Shown in pieces: positions 31,670 through 48,995 of a stretch of 64,000 nucleotides of DNA. Under the pieces are notes generated by a model. It searched no databases. It saw only the letters and a list, made by a program, of their open reading frames with translations, and was not told where the DNA came from. The position numbers and the translations under genes were made by a program. The stretch is from the human T2T-CHM13v2.0 reference genome, Homo sapiens, in NCBI RefSeq assembly GCF_009914755.1, contig NC_060934.1; one strand, written 5' to 3'. The first letter of the stretch is position 1. Each line of letters begins with the position of its first letter.

Positions 31670-31848
31670 AAATTGCCAGTTTCAGTGAGTGAGACGGAAG
31701 TTTGATTTTCTAACTTAGGGAATGGTAAAAACGCCCAGCATCACTGGCTTGCTTTAAGTGTCCTTTTGACCACACAGTTTCCTTTTTGCTATGTATTTGC
31801 TCTCCAAACAACCTGTAATTTGGTCTTACTGCCCCTCACCCACTGTGA

Positions 31849-32726
<878 letters not shown>

Positions 32727-32904
32727 CAGATTTTGGCATATTTTCTAAGAAAAATCAAGAAATTGATATTATCTTTTACAAATCTGGCTTTTGCAAAGTT
32801 GTCTCTGTGAAAGGATCTCCTGAATTAGTTCACAGTCAGGTAAAGAGATAAGTTTGAGATTTTGGATACTGAATCTGTCTTTGGTGCAGACGCTCCCCGA
32901 GACA

Positions 32905-33290
32905 GCCTGTGTGTGACTTTGGCGGCTCCTAATGACCTGTACTCCCTGGTGCTCATGTCCTGGCATCGTCACCTCCCTCACTGACTCTGAGCTTGGCCAT
33001 GCGTCTAACCTTGGTCAACGGAACATCAGCCAACGTCTAACCTCGGCCAACGGAACATCAGCCATGCGTCCAACCTTGGCCAACGGAACAAGTGAAGGTA
33101 CGCTTGGCTGTTATATTTTGGGACTTGTCCTCTTGGATCGCTCCCTTCTAGAATCCAGCTTCTGTGCTGTGGGGAAGTCCATGTGAAGAAGAATTGAGAA
33201 CCCTGGATGCAACCCCAGCTGAACTCCCAGTCAGCAGCCAGGGCCAGCTGTCAGCTGTGCAAACAAGGCCATCTGGAACTTTCTACCATC
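32905..33290 (+). mobile_element. MLT1-type MaLR LTR with an internal 33-bp triplication
   Basis: ctcctaatgacc...actccctggtg...gactctgagcttggccatg...cagccagggccagctgtcagctgtg. Confidence 0.7.
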
Positions 33291-33709
33291 AAAGGGACCC
33301 AGCCTTGACAAAGACTTCTCCATTCTCAAAATATCATTGATGTTTATACCATAATTTCAATTATAGTATAACCAATAATGATAACAGGCATAATAGCAAA
33401 TCTGAATACAGCATTTGCTATACCTCAAGCACACAGATAACTTGTTGATTGTGTGATTGAAACTCTGGTGGTAAAAATATTAAGTTGAATTTTTTTTTCT
33501 TGATCACTGACTTAAACCATACTTTATCAAATTTCCTTTACCCATCTTTTGACCAGTTCTTCACAGGAGTAATTCATTCAACACGTTCTTATTGAATTCT
33601 CACTGTGTGTTAAACACGGTTTATACAGTAGTGAACAAAACAAGCAAATATCCTTGCTTTCACTAAGTCTACATCCTGGTGGAAAATACAGATAATAAAG
33701 AGTGGATGA

Positions 33710-34222
<513 letters not shown>

Positions 34223-34832
34223 TAAATGTCCTTTTGACAATGCAGAGCTTCCTTTCTTCTGATGCTTTCCCCATCAAACAATCGGTAATTTAGTTTCTTA
34301 TTGAGCCTAACCCACCATGAGGACCGGCCACATGCACATAGATGGTGCAACCTAAATAAAGCAACGAGTTTACACTACGTGGCCTTTGTAGGCTAGCTGC
34401 AGCTCTCATCGTATCACCTTCAAGGTCGCGAAGAAAGCCCTCCTTGGGATGTGCTGGTCTGATGGCAGAGGGAAAACAGAGGTGATAAAGCCATAGGATG
34501 GCTTTGTAGCTTCCGCTTAGAGGGCAGCATGCATCATTTCCTTTTGCATTTCATTGGCCAAAGCAGGTCATATGAACACTCCTGATTGGACTGGGAAACA
34601 GTTAAAAGCATGAATGTATATTCCACCACAGTTAGCAAAACATGCCAGATGTAGATAAGGGTTAAGTAGAGGAAAAAAAAGAAAAGAAAAGAAGAAGGAA
34701 ATGGAGACCTGGAGAGAAGAAGTTCAAGTTTAAATCGCATGGCCAGGGTGGACTTCTTTGGAAGGAGACATTTAAGCAATCTAAAGGAGGTAAAGGGAGG
34801 AACCTTGGAATATCTGAATGGAGAGTTTCAAT

Positions 34833-35004
34833 AGACGGGTGTGGTGGTGGGCGCTTGTAATCCCAGCTACTCGGGAGGCAGAGCCATGAGAATCACTTGA
34901 ACCCAGGAGACAGAGTTTGCAGTAAGCCAATATCTCACCACTGCCCACTAGCCTGGGTGACAGAACAAGACTCTGTCTCAAAAAAAAAAAAAAAAAGAAA
35001 AAAA
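34833..35004 (+). mobile_element. Alu right monomer inside an L2 (L2 ~34700-35480, -)
   Basis: Right arm with A tail; flanks are purine-rich L2 text. Confidence 0.85.
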
Positions 35005-35627
35005 CCTGAAAAGTCTCAAGAAGAGGGAATGTAAGTGCAAAGGCCCTGAGGCAGCATGTGTGGTGAATTGAAGAACAGCAGAGAGGCCAGTTGTAGCTGG
35101 AACATATGAATATCTTTGTGGGGTAGTTACTGGAAATGGAATCAGAGAAGAAATGAGGGTGGGTGAAGATCATGTATCAGACAAGCACAGGAGGGTTTTG
35201 AACAGGGGAGTGACACAATCTGACTTGCGTGTAATATGATAATTCTGTCTGCTGTGTTATAAATAGACATAGCAGGGCAAGGTGGGAAGCCAGAATGTAA
35301 GTGGGGGAGGCTTTGTATAGTCATTCGGGTGATAGCTAAGGTGGCTGTAGCAGAATGGAAGCAGTGTGATGGTGAGAAGCAGATGGATTGTGGATATCCT
35401 TTGAAGGTAGAACTGAGAGCCTCTTTTGGTGGTTTGTGGGATGGAGAGAGAGATTAAAGAGGATGCTAAGGTTTCCTAACTTTCCACTCATTTAACAGTT
35501 ATTAAAATCAATTTAATCTAAAGCATCAGTTTCAAATTCAGTGTCAACCTCAGCTTCCCCCATATCCCATCCTGCCTGGGTTAGTACCGGCCTGAATGGG
35601 GAATTTGGTTGCTTGGATTGAGGGTGA

Positions 35628-36186
<559 letters not shown>

Positions 36187-36714
36187 CCGGGCAGGTTCTT
36201 TAGGACGTGCTGAGGGGCCTCCCTTCTGCACAGGTTTTCGGTAGGTGAAATCCTAGATTCCTGGTTGGCTGCTGTCCCAGCTGGACCACCTGGAGATGAG
36301 TCAAGCATGGCTCCCTTCCCTGGGGCCCTAGAAAGTAGAAATGCAGGCTGCCCTACTGCCCTGCCATGCCTTCTCCAGTTCTCTTCCTTCCTGTTCAGCA
36401 GGGCATACCCCCTTATCTGCCGTCTAAGAAGGTCTCTTATTCTTGCAAACACCCACTGTCTCAAAAAGTGTTTCTTCTGATACATCCCTCACTTAGTTTC
36501 AGGGAAGGGAGGCAACCCACTGGCTCCCAAACCCAGGATGCGGAAGGAGGGTGTGGTCTGTCACCACGAATATTACACTTGGACAAAGGTGACAACCCAA
36601 GAAAGGCCCTCTCTCCTCCCGCTCTTCCCTGTCCCATTTTCTTACACAAAGAAAGCGGGGTAGGACCCTGGGTCGTGAACTAAGTAGAGCTGAACCAGAA
36701 AAACCAATTAGGAA

Positions 36715-37053
36715 TTTTTTTTTTTTTGAGACAATCTAGCTCTGTCACCCAGGCTGGAGTGCAGTGGCACGATCTTGGCTCACTGCAATCTCCACGTCCC
36801 AGGTTCAAGTGAATCGATCTTGGCTCACTGCAATCTCCACCTCCCAGGTTCAAGTGATTCTCCTGCCTCAGCCTCCTGAGTGGCTGGGATTACAGGCATG
36901 CACCACCATGCCCAGCTAATTTTTATAGTTTTAGTAGAGATGGGGTTTCACTATGTTGCCCAGGTTGGTCTCAAACTCCTGACCTCAAGCCATCTGCCCA
37001 CCTTGGCCTCCAAAAGTGCTGGGATTCCAGGTGTAAGCCACTGCACCCTGTCC
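36715..37053 (-). mobile_element. Alu with an internal 43-bp duplication
   Basis: 36770-36812 is repeated at 36815-36857. Confidence 0.93.
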
Positions 37054-39892
37054 CAATTAGAATATTGCACATACAGGTGGCAGGGAACTCACTGCAGAAG
37101 GAAAAGTATAATCTCCTCTGTGCTTTGCCATGAAGACCATGGACTCTCTACTCATTGGTCTCTCCTTGCACTGCGCTCAATGACAAGTAGGTCCAGTGTG
37201 CTACTTACTAGTATGGAACCTGGGGCCTTTACTTCTGGGTTTCACTGTCTCATCTGTGTGGTGAGGATGCAGCATGAGCTCTACCAGGCACTCTCAGCCT
37301 CCCTTTCTAGACAGCCCCCTCCTCCCTGCTGTTTGGAAATTCCCCCATCTCCAATTCCACCTCTTTGGGGCTGTCTGGTTTTGGCTCCTAACTACACTTG
37401 ATCTTGCCTGTCCTGGTTATGATACTGTTTCTTCTTAAAAATATTCAACTAGGTGTTTGCATTTGGCCTTCTCCCTCTTCCTTTCCTGCCAATCCTCACC
37501 TCCTTTCCCCCGTGTCCTCCCGAGACATCTGGGTACCAGCTGGGCTCATGCTCACCTCCAGTCCTCCATGGAAGTCATTCATGGGCCCCGCATCATCCTG
37601 CTCCACTGTGATCAAACCCCTCTGCAGCCAAACCAAAGTCTCAAGGTTTGGCTCGCTATTAGGAGAGAGACAGCACCCTTTCACCTAAAGCAGTCTTTCC
37701 TATCTCATTGCCAGAGGTTTTGACCCAATCTTGCGACCAACCCTGAGAATCTCATCAATGAAGATTCATTTCAGTCACCCAATATTGTCATTTTTGGATG
37801 TATGGGAGCTGGAGTCAGTTGCATCATAGTATGTTACTTTCATTCCATGACTTCTCCTATCTAGGGTTATTCCAGCTGTGACATTTACCCAGGACAGAAA
37901 AACTCATATCCCCAGAGTTCGATAGAAAAATCAGTTCCTGAAAATTTCCTTCTCCAGTGAATGAAGATTGTAATGGATAACAAATGGGTGTTAATATTAC
38001 ATAACCATTCAACACAACACTATTGAGTCCCAATTTTGTTTCATAAAGTGTTACTAGAACTACAGATGTAAAACGATCTGGTTGCTGCATCTGAAAGCCT
38101 CCAAACTTATTGCAGTGCTTGTTGACATTGTGAGACCACAGACCCATTTTTTAGAAATATGCTGGAAACTGTTGCCCTCTTTGCCCCATTCCCTAAAATG
38201 TTGGATTGTTGGAGAGCTTGAATATTTTGTTTTGGAACCGGTCCAAGGCTGCGTGGCTAGGACCTCTGTCTGTCAGGGATCCACTCTGACCTCAGAGTCG
38301 TCCACTATGCTAACTTCTTAGCCCTAGGCTCTTGCAAAGAAATGTTGTATATTTCAATTAGGATTTCAGGACTCTGCCAGCTAGGAAAAGATATTATCAA
38401 CTTTCTTGAAATTGTAAAAATAAGTGGATTAAAAAGGCGTGACAGTAAGTAAATAAGACTATATAGGAAATGCAGTAAATAAAAATAAACACTATTACGT
38501 TGTTTTGTTTTTTCCAGAGCAGTGCGATTTTTAATGGGACATATTTCTCTTATTAAATGTTACCATGAGTATAGATGTATTTATAGACAAAATGTTTTAA
38601 TTCCACAAGGCAGCTGGAAATCGCTCACATTTGCTTTTTGATTCAAAATATTGGTTTATAATTAGTCAGTTGATTTAATATGTAACATTAGTGTGAACAA
38701 GAAATGCAATTGACAGGGAGGAAAGAATTACTGTGTATATAAGTATATAACCAATGTGTTGATAGAATGAGTTGGTGTTCTTCAGTATAGATGTTGAGTA
38801 TTAACTCTGGTTCACAACATAGTGAAAAAATATTTGTACTTTTGGTTTTATAATGAGATCAAAATTCCTTCATAGCAGATCTTTTTCATGCTTAGGAAAT
38901 TAAGTTATATAACCAGACATAAGTACTATGTTACATGTCAGTCAGCCATGTATGCATTTTTCTTCTGTTAAATTGATTCTGATTTTCCATAGATTGAGCT
39001 GGTGTAAATTTTGTGTGCAGTTGGAAGTGTCTCCTAGGTACACGTGGTAACATCATGTCTTCCCCTTTCCATCTGCTTCATGGGGAAGATGCCGGCAGAG
39101 AGAACAAACGTTTGTTGACCAGCTAATATGAGCTAGAATGATTTATGCTTAATATCTTATTTAGTATGTACAGCCATGTTCAATTCTTGTGAATGAATGA
39201 AGATAAATATTATTTTCAACTCCATTCTATTTATGGAAGTGTTCAGTGAATCGCCCAAATTCATACTAGGAAGGAAGTGGTGAGATGTGAGTCTCACCTC
39301 TGGTCTGGTCTTCATCGCTTCGTGTCTTGCAAAGTTGCCTGATAGTTGAAGGTATAGGTGATGTTGACTGTCCTCATGGCTTGGCACCACACTATGGTTC
39401 ACAGGAACTCAGGGGGCAGAGTACAGGGGCTGTCCAGGTGGCCTCGCGTCTTAGCACTGCCATGTTCTGATTGTGTGGTTATGGACATTAGTTCATTTTC
39501 TGCACTTCAGGTGCCCCACTTACAAAACAGGGACACTCTTGCTATAGGTTTGTGGAAAGGCCACGGAGCAAACCTAGTCACTGACTCAAAGGCACTGTAA
39601 GAAATGGTATCTATACTCATAACTTAAAGACTGAGAAAGTAATACTTGACAAACTGGGGGAGCTCATGCAGATGTTTATTACAATGTGACTTTTTTTTAT
39701 TGCCTTTTTTGTTTTTATGTTTCGTGTTTTTCTGTTTCTTTGACTGTCTCATCCTCATCGATTTATGCTTCCTGCCCATCAGGCATCTCTTTATCACAGT
39801 CTGCTCTCAGTGATTGTGTAAGGGGACACTTTTAAGAGTTGTCTTCCTGAAACCACCTCTTGACCCCACAATTCTTTTAAATGTGCATATAA

Positions 39893-39969
39893 TTTTTTTT
39901 TTTGAGACAGGGTCGTGCTCTGTTGCCCAGGCTGGAGTGCAGTGGTGTAATTGTGGCTCACTGCAGCCA
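39893..39969 (-). mobile_element. Alu 3' fragment (J-like)
   Basis: Poly-T followed by gagacagggtcgtgctctgttgcccaggctggagtgcagtgg, ending at cactgcagcc. Confidence 0.85.
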
Positions 39970-40090
39970 TGATTACCCTAAATCCATGCCCTCACTTTTC
40001 CTTGCTAAATGGCCACTGAGGTCCCCACTTCACTTGTTCACTAATCAGAAACAGGCACCTCAGTGGCAGTTCAGTGGAAACCCTGATAAA

Positions 40091-41950
40091 GAATAAATTC
40101 AGTGAATGATGTGCAACTTTCTACACTGAAAACTAGAAAGCATTGCTAAGGGACAAAGCAGTAAATAAATGGAGTAATATACCACACTCAGAGATTGGAA
40201 GACTCAATATCACAGAGTCAGTTCTGTCCAAATTGAGATTTAAATTCAATGAAATCCTAATTAGAATCTCATTAGAGTTTTTTTTTTTTTTGGTAGATTT
40301 GATGATATGATTCTTCAATTTATATAGACAGTGAAAGGGACTGAAAGTAGCCAAGATAATCTTGAAGTAGAAAAACAAATTTGGAGGAATTAATGTGTCA
40401 GATTTCAAGATTTTGTATAGCTGCAGTAATTAAATGTGGGGTGTGTACAAGGAGAGATAAACCAGTGGAACAAAATGGTTCAGGAACAGACTCGCAAACA
40501 CACCTGAGTTTTAACAAGGGCTCCAGTATAATGAAATAGAAGGCTAGTCTTGTTGATAAATATTGTTGATCAGTATTTATTTGAAAATAATGAGCCTTAG
40601 ACTTGGCTTATTTCATACACAGAAATTTAATTTAAAATGAATAAGAGAGCTAATGTGAAAAGTAAAAGCATAAGCTTCTAAAAATTAGGATAATTTGTGA
40701 CTTTGCAGTAGTCAAAGATTTCTTTAAAAAGATACATAAAAATACTATTCATAAAAAGATACATAAAAATACTATTCATATGATAAATAGGACATTATTG
40801 AGAATTTGTTCATTAAAATATGACATTAAGAGAGTAAAAAGGCAATACAGAGACCAGAAAAATATATCTCCATTATATATATATGAAACAAAGGGCTTAT
40901 ATTCAGAATATATAAAGAACTCCTACTAATCAAAAAGAAAAAGGCCACCAAATGTAAAAATGGGCAAAAGACTCGAATTAGTATTTCACAAAAAAAAGAG
41001 ATCCATAATGATCTGTAAGCATTGAAATGGCACTTAATTATCCAGCAAGGAAATGCAAATTAAAACTACAATGAGATTTTTTTTTTTTTTTTTTTTGAGA
41101 GAGTCTCACTCTGTTGCCCAGGCTGGAGGCTCACTGCAAGCTCCGCCTCCCGAGTTCATGCCATTCTCCTGCCTCAGCCTCCCAAGTAGTTGGGACTACA
41201 GGCAACAGGGTTTCATCATGTTAGCCAGGATGGTCTGGATCTCCTGACCTCGTGATCGGCCCACCTTGGCTTCCCACAGTGCTGGGATTACAGGCGTGAG
41301 CCACCACGCCTGGCCACTACAATGAGATATTACCACACCTTCAGCCAAATCGGCTAAAATTAAAAGGAGTAACAGTACAAAGTGTTGCTGACAATGTGGA
41401 AAAACAGGAACTCTCATATTGCTGATGGGAGCATAACTTGATGCAATCTTTTTCGCAAATTTATTTAGCCATATCAGCTGAAGTTGAATACATCTATAGC
41501 TCCCTTAGGACTCAACAATTTCACCCCTGAGTTTGTAATCAACAGAAATGAATGCTACATTCACCAAAAGTCATATATTACAAATGTTCAGGGCTATTTT
41601 CTTTATAATAATCCCAAACTGGAAATGATAAATATCCATCAACATATCCCAAATAGTACTACAAATTCATACAATGAATAACTACATATTAATAAGAAAT
41701 AATGCATCTGATGCATGCAAAAGGTTGGAGAATTTCACAGATACAATTTTAAGCCAAAAAGAAAAAAGAAAAAAACCTCATACAAAAGACTATGTGTGTT
41801 ATTCTAATTATATGGAAGTCAGGAACCGGCAACATTGACCTATGACGATGGCAATCAGAATAATGTTACTTTTTCAGGTGGTATTGACTAGGAGAGGGAA
41901 GGAAATATTCCCTATATATCGACAGTGGTTATGTAATATGTAATTGTCCA
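40091..41950 (+). mobile_element. Old L1M ORF2 3' part and 3' UTR (apparently inverted segment)
   Basis: ctacactgaaaact...gaaatgcaaattaaaactacaatgagat...ccaaactggaaa. Confidence 0.85.
41077..41315 (-). mobile_element. AluY/Sc-like with two internal deletions
   Basis: TSD actacaatgagat. Junctions ggctggag|gctcact and tacaggca|acagggttt. Confidence 0.92.
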
Positions 41951-42402
41951 TTGTATGAATTCATATTCCTAGGTATGGGGGTTTTTTGATGCTACTAAAA
42001 ATGGTTAAATTTTTTTTCTCATTGCGTGTTTCATGTCTATAAAAATAGTTTTTGTATATTGACTTTATATCCAGCAACTGGCTGAATCTACTTATGAATT
42101 CAAAGCATTCGTGTATGTATATCTATGAATCATGTTTTCTATGAATGATGACACATTAACATCTTTCCAATCGTTTGATATTTTATTTCTTTTAATTGCC
42201 TTATTGCACTGGCCAGAACTTCCACAGGACAATGCTGTACAGAAGAGGTGAATGGACATAGTTGTCATAATCCTGAACCTGGGGGAGAAAGCACTTAATA
42301 TTTCACCATTAAGAATGTGTTTTTTTCTAAACACTCCTTATCATATTAAAAAAGCTCCCTTCTAGTCTAAGTTTACTGAGATTTTAAAAAATCATAAGTT
42401 TT

Positions 42403-44862
<2,460 letters not shown>

Positions 44863-45619
44863 AAAATCGTAAGTTTTAAATTATATATCAAATGCTTTTT
44901 CTGCCATGTTGAATCATGACTTTTCTCCTTCTGTTAATGTGAAAAATGCTTATTCTTAATATTAAACCAACTTATCGCTCTGCCAAAATCCCCACTTAGT
45001 CATGATGTGTTATATACACACACATACATGTATACATACTTTATTGATGTTTCTTATTTGTATAGGATTTTTGTTCCCATTATCATGGGAAATACTTGTC
45101 TATAATTTTTCTTTCTTTTAATGTCTTTAAAGTATGATATCAGGGTCACTGGATTCATAACAGGAATTCTGAAGTTATTCCTTCTATTTCCTGGAAGCAT
45201 TTAAAATTGCTATTATTTTTTCTTTAAGTGTTTGAAAGCATTTGCTAGTGAAGCCATCCAGGCCAGGGAGTTTTCTTTAAGGAAAGTTTTTGAATTATTG
45301 ATTAAATTTCTTTAAGACATACAGAATTTCTTGTGTCAGTTCTGCTTCTGCTGTTGTGTTTTTCAAATTGTCTGTTTGATCTAAATTTTTAAGTTTAATT
45401 TAGCATAAAATAGCTCACAATCTCCTCCAATTATTTTAATATCCAGATAATGTTTCCCGTTTTGTTCCTGATGCTAATGCTCTCATTTTTTCTTGATCAA
45501 TCTTGTTAGATTTATCAATTTTATTGATTTTTTCCAGAGGCTTAAATTTTGGATTTGCTGAGTTTTTTCCATTATATATCTATTTTCTATTTCATTGGTT
45601 TCCCCGTTTATCTTTTATT

Positions 45620-46895
45620 CTCACAATTAAGTGGTTTTTTAATATATTCAGAGTTGTACAACCCTCACTGTAATCTAATTTTAGAACATTGCATCACCCC
45701 AAAAAGAAATTCCATTCACATTAGCAGTCACTCCTCAATCCTGTTAACCTACTCTGTCCCCCCTCCAGCTCCTGGTGCCTGAAATCCACTATGTTTGCCT
45801 ATTCTGGACAGTCACATGAATGGAATCAGGCATACAGCCTTTGTGACTGGCTTCTTCCATGTAGCATAATGTTTTCAAGGGTCTTCTACATTGTAGTCTG
45901 TGTCAGTAATTCATCCTTTTAAAATGCCAAATAAGGTTCCATTGTATATATATATGGATGTTCTTTGACTTACTATGGGGTCATGTCCTGATAAATCCAT
46001 CATTAGTCAAAAACATCGTAAGTCAAAAATGCATTTAATACCCTGATAAACCCATTGTAAGAGTTGAAAAATTGCTAAGTTGAATAATTGTTAAGTCGGA
46101 GACCATCTATACTATATTTGTTTATCCCTCTATTAGCTGATCAACAGGTTGTTTCCACTTTGTGGTTATTATGAAATAATACAGGTATGAACATTCACAA
46201 AAAGTTTCATGTGAATATGTTTTCATCATTTCTTTTGGTGATATACCTGGGAGTTGGGATTAGTGAGGCATGTGCCATCTCTGTATTTTTTTGAGCAGCT
46301 ACAATACTCTTATCTGACGTGTCTTCACCATTTTACATCCTCACCAGCAATGTATGAGGGTTCCAATTTCTCCCCATCTTCACCAACACTTGCTTTTGCA
46401 GATCTTTTTTATTTTAGCCATCCTAATGACTATGATGTGATATCTTATGGTTTTCACTGGTATTTTTCTAAGGATCAATTGGTGTTTCTCTAAGGACCAA
46501 TCTTCTTTGGGGGAAATGTCTCTTCAAATCATTTGTCCATTTAAAAGTTTTTGTTGTTGTTGTTATCAGTTTTTTATATATACTGTATTCAAATCCCTTA
46601 ATATAATTTGCAAATATTTTCCCCACTCTATGGGTTGTCATGTCACTTTGAGGGTGTCCTTTGACACACACAAGTTTTTAATTTTAAGTCCAATTTATCT
46701 TTGTTGTCATTTGTGTTTTGTATCTTATCTAAGAAACCATTGCCTAACCCAAGATCATGATCAACTCCTTTGTTTTCTTCTAGGGATTTTATAGTTTCAG
46801 CTTTTATAATTAGATATATAATCAATCATTTTAAGTTACTTTTTGCAAATGGTGTGAGGTAGGGATCCAAATTCATTCTTTTGTATATGGATATT
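45620..46895 (-). mobile_element. L1MB 3' region nested in L1M
   Basis: ttagaacattgcatcaccccaaaaagaaa...ccattgcctaacccaagatcatga. Confidence 0.8.
45956..46108. mobile_element. Tigger-family MITE (MER47-like)
   Basis: gatgttctttgacttactatgggg...taagtcggagaccatct, flanked by TA. Confidence 0.75.
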
Positions 46896-47831
46896 CTTTT
46901 AGGATTTACTTCCTCTTATTTTGGGTTTGTTATTGAGATAAAAGCTTAGGTTCCCAATTTTCAAATGTTTTACTTTTCTAATATATCATATTTAATGCTA
47001 TATATTTCCTTTATTTTTGCTATGTCATATTTTCATTAACACTCAGTAGAAAGTATGTTCTAATTCCCATTGCAATTTCTCTTTGACCCTTTGGTAATTC
47101 ATTAGTGTGTCACTTAATTTCCAATCTTTTGAGATTTTCTAGACTTACTTTATTGCCAGCATATAATCTAGTTTGGTAAGCAGCCCAAGTGCATGTGGAA
47201 AGGAAATGTTCCCATGGCTATTTAAATGTAGTGTTCTACAGCAATGATATCAAGCTAAGGTCCAGTCATGCTTGCCACGTGAGTAGAGACAGCTTCAGAA
47301 AATTCTAGCCCCTGGCTGCTGACTGAAGCAGACAAGCCATGCATCCCCACCTTGCCCCGTTTAGATTCCTGAGCAAAGAATTTGTACATTTAATCAAATG
47401 GTTGTTTTATGCCATGAAGTTTTGGGATGATTTGTTGTGTAACAATGGTAAGAGGACCATTCTATTTCATAGGCTTGATGTTTATGAGACAATCTACGAT
47501 TTTGTGTAATCCTTTTGGAATTTGGGATTATTAAACCAGAGTTTTGAGAAACTAATTCTAGCATTATATATTTTATACAGATTTGGAAGTAGCCTAGACC
47601 AAAATATTGACATTTGAAAGCTGTAAGTTTAATAAGTAGTATCATACTCCTGAACAGAATGTCACCAAAAGTTATACACAAAATCTCATGCCTTTCCCTA
47701 TGCTTAATTATATTGTAATTGTGTGTGTGTACGAAAGAAAACAAAACCCAAACAGAAATTCACACAGGAACTATACTATTGAAGGTAATGTTCAGTTCTG
47801 AAATGTGTAAGAGGATACTACATAATTATCT

Positions 47832-47855
47832 GCTTTACACGTGGCTTTACACGTG
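47832..47855. promoter_or_regulatory. Tandem canonical E-boxes CACGTG-N6-CACGTG
   Basis: 12-bp direct repeat gctttacacgtg x2. Confidence 0.45.
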
Positions 47856-48137
47856 GAGGAAAAAAAGTATTAATGGCTATGTGATTTTAAATTGCTGGGC
47901 CACAAACCTATCAGAATACAGCAGATCTCTCTCTCAAGTAAACGGGCTTCTGCATCTTTGCTCACTGGTCTAGAAAGCTGCCATGTGGGTTCTCATGCTT
48001 CTGGCTGGCTGAGTTAGCAGAGCTCTTAGGTTAGCATAAGGCCTGGTCTCTTATTCGAGGTCCTGTATGACTTAGCCATTTGTAGTACTCTGTGCTCTCA
48101 GGGTTATTGGGTAGAAACATTTAGAAGTACGTATTTG

Positions 48138-48198
48138 TTTATTTTGAGCCACCAATGTAAAAAATGCAAGGGTACAGTTAAAGAAAAAGGTGTTTATT
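48138..48198 (-). terminator. Polyadenylation signals: AATAAA at 48193-48198 and 48138-48143
   Basis: tttatt occurs twice on the + strand, with U-rich sequence downstream on the minus strand. Confidence 0.75.
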
Positions 48199-48995
48199 TA
48201 GGCCATCAACTAGGATCATAATAAATAACGTAATATACTAATGTAATAACAGATCTTCTCATGCATTTATCGTGTTTATAAATATAGAAGAAAGCTGGCT
48301 TACAGGGCTGTTGGGACAAATTTGGAAAAGTGTATTTGGCAATTACACAGTAAAAGTTAACAGTGTTGACTATCAGATTCTCTTTTCTGTCAGTTTTTAG
48401 AATACATCCCCTATACATCTGTGAATAAATGGTAATGGTCTCTTAGAGTTTCTACTTTTTGTGAACATGCCAGAGTTAAGTAAATTGTCAAAGGATCCAG
48501 GTTGACAATGTGTTATTTGTCAATATTTCTAATGAAAAACAGATCTTAGAAAAATGAACTCTTCTGCATTTCATTGTAGAGGCTGATATATTACAAGCCG
48601 GAATCATTCAAACAATAAAAAAAGTGCCTCAATGAAATAAAACCCAAAAGTAGTTTATCAATAGTAACTGTGATACTTAATATACAAATGCTGTAGTATT
48701 GCGTTTGTAATTTGGTAAGTAAATGACCAAGTATCTGAATGCAAAAGTGATGAACTTTGATGAAAGCTTAATTTTGCTAGTAAATTTCACACGAAGGGGT
48801 AAAATAGGATAATCTTTAACATAAAGCTTTAGGACAAATAATTTAAACATATCATAAACACTGAAAATGTGTTTTTAATTGTTATTTACAGTTAATCAGT
48901 GATACCAGTGTTTAGCTTAATCCAGCCAATTGCCAGTCTTGACTCCTTCTTTCAACATCTGTTATTAAGATCTTCCTTATAAATACTTAGACAAA
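48170..48995 (-). other. MINDY3: MINDY3 3' UTR (~0.8 kb, end approximate)
   Basis: Repeat-free AU-rich sequence from the stop codon to AATAAA at 48193-48198 (minus strand). Confidence 0.8.

Noticed and set aside
40725-40780. 27-bp tandem duplication (similar ones at ~27684, ~55661 and ~60260)
   Set aside because: Ordinary microduplications creating no evident motif.
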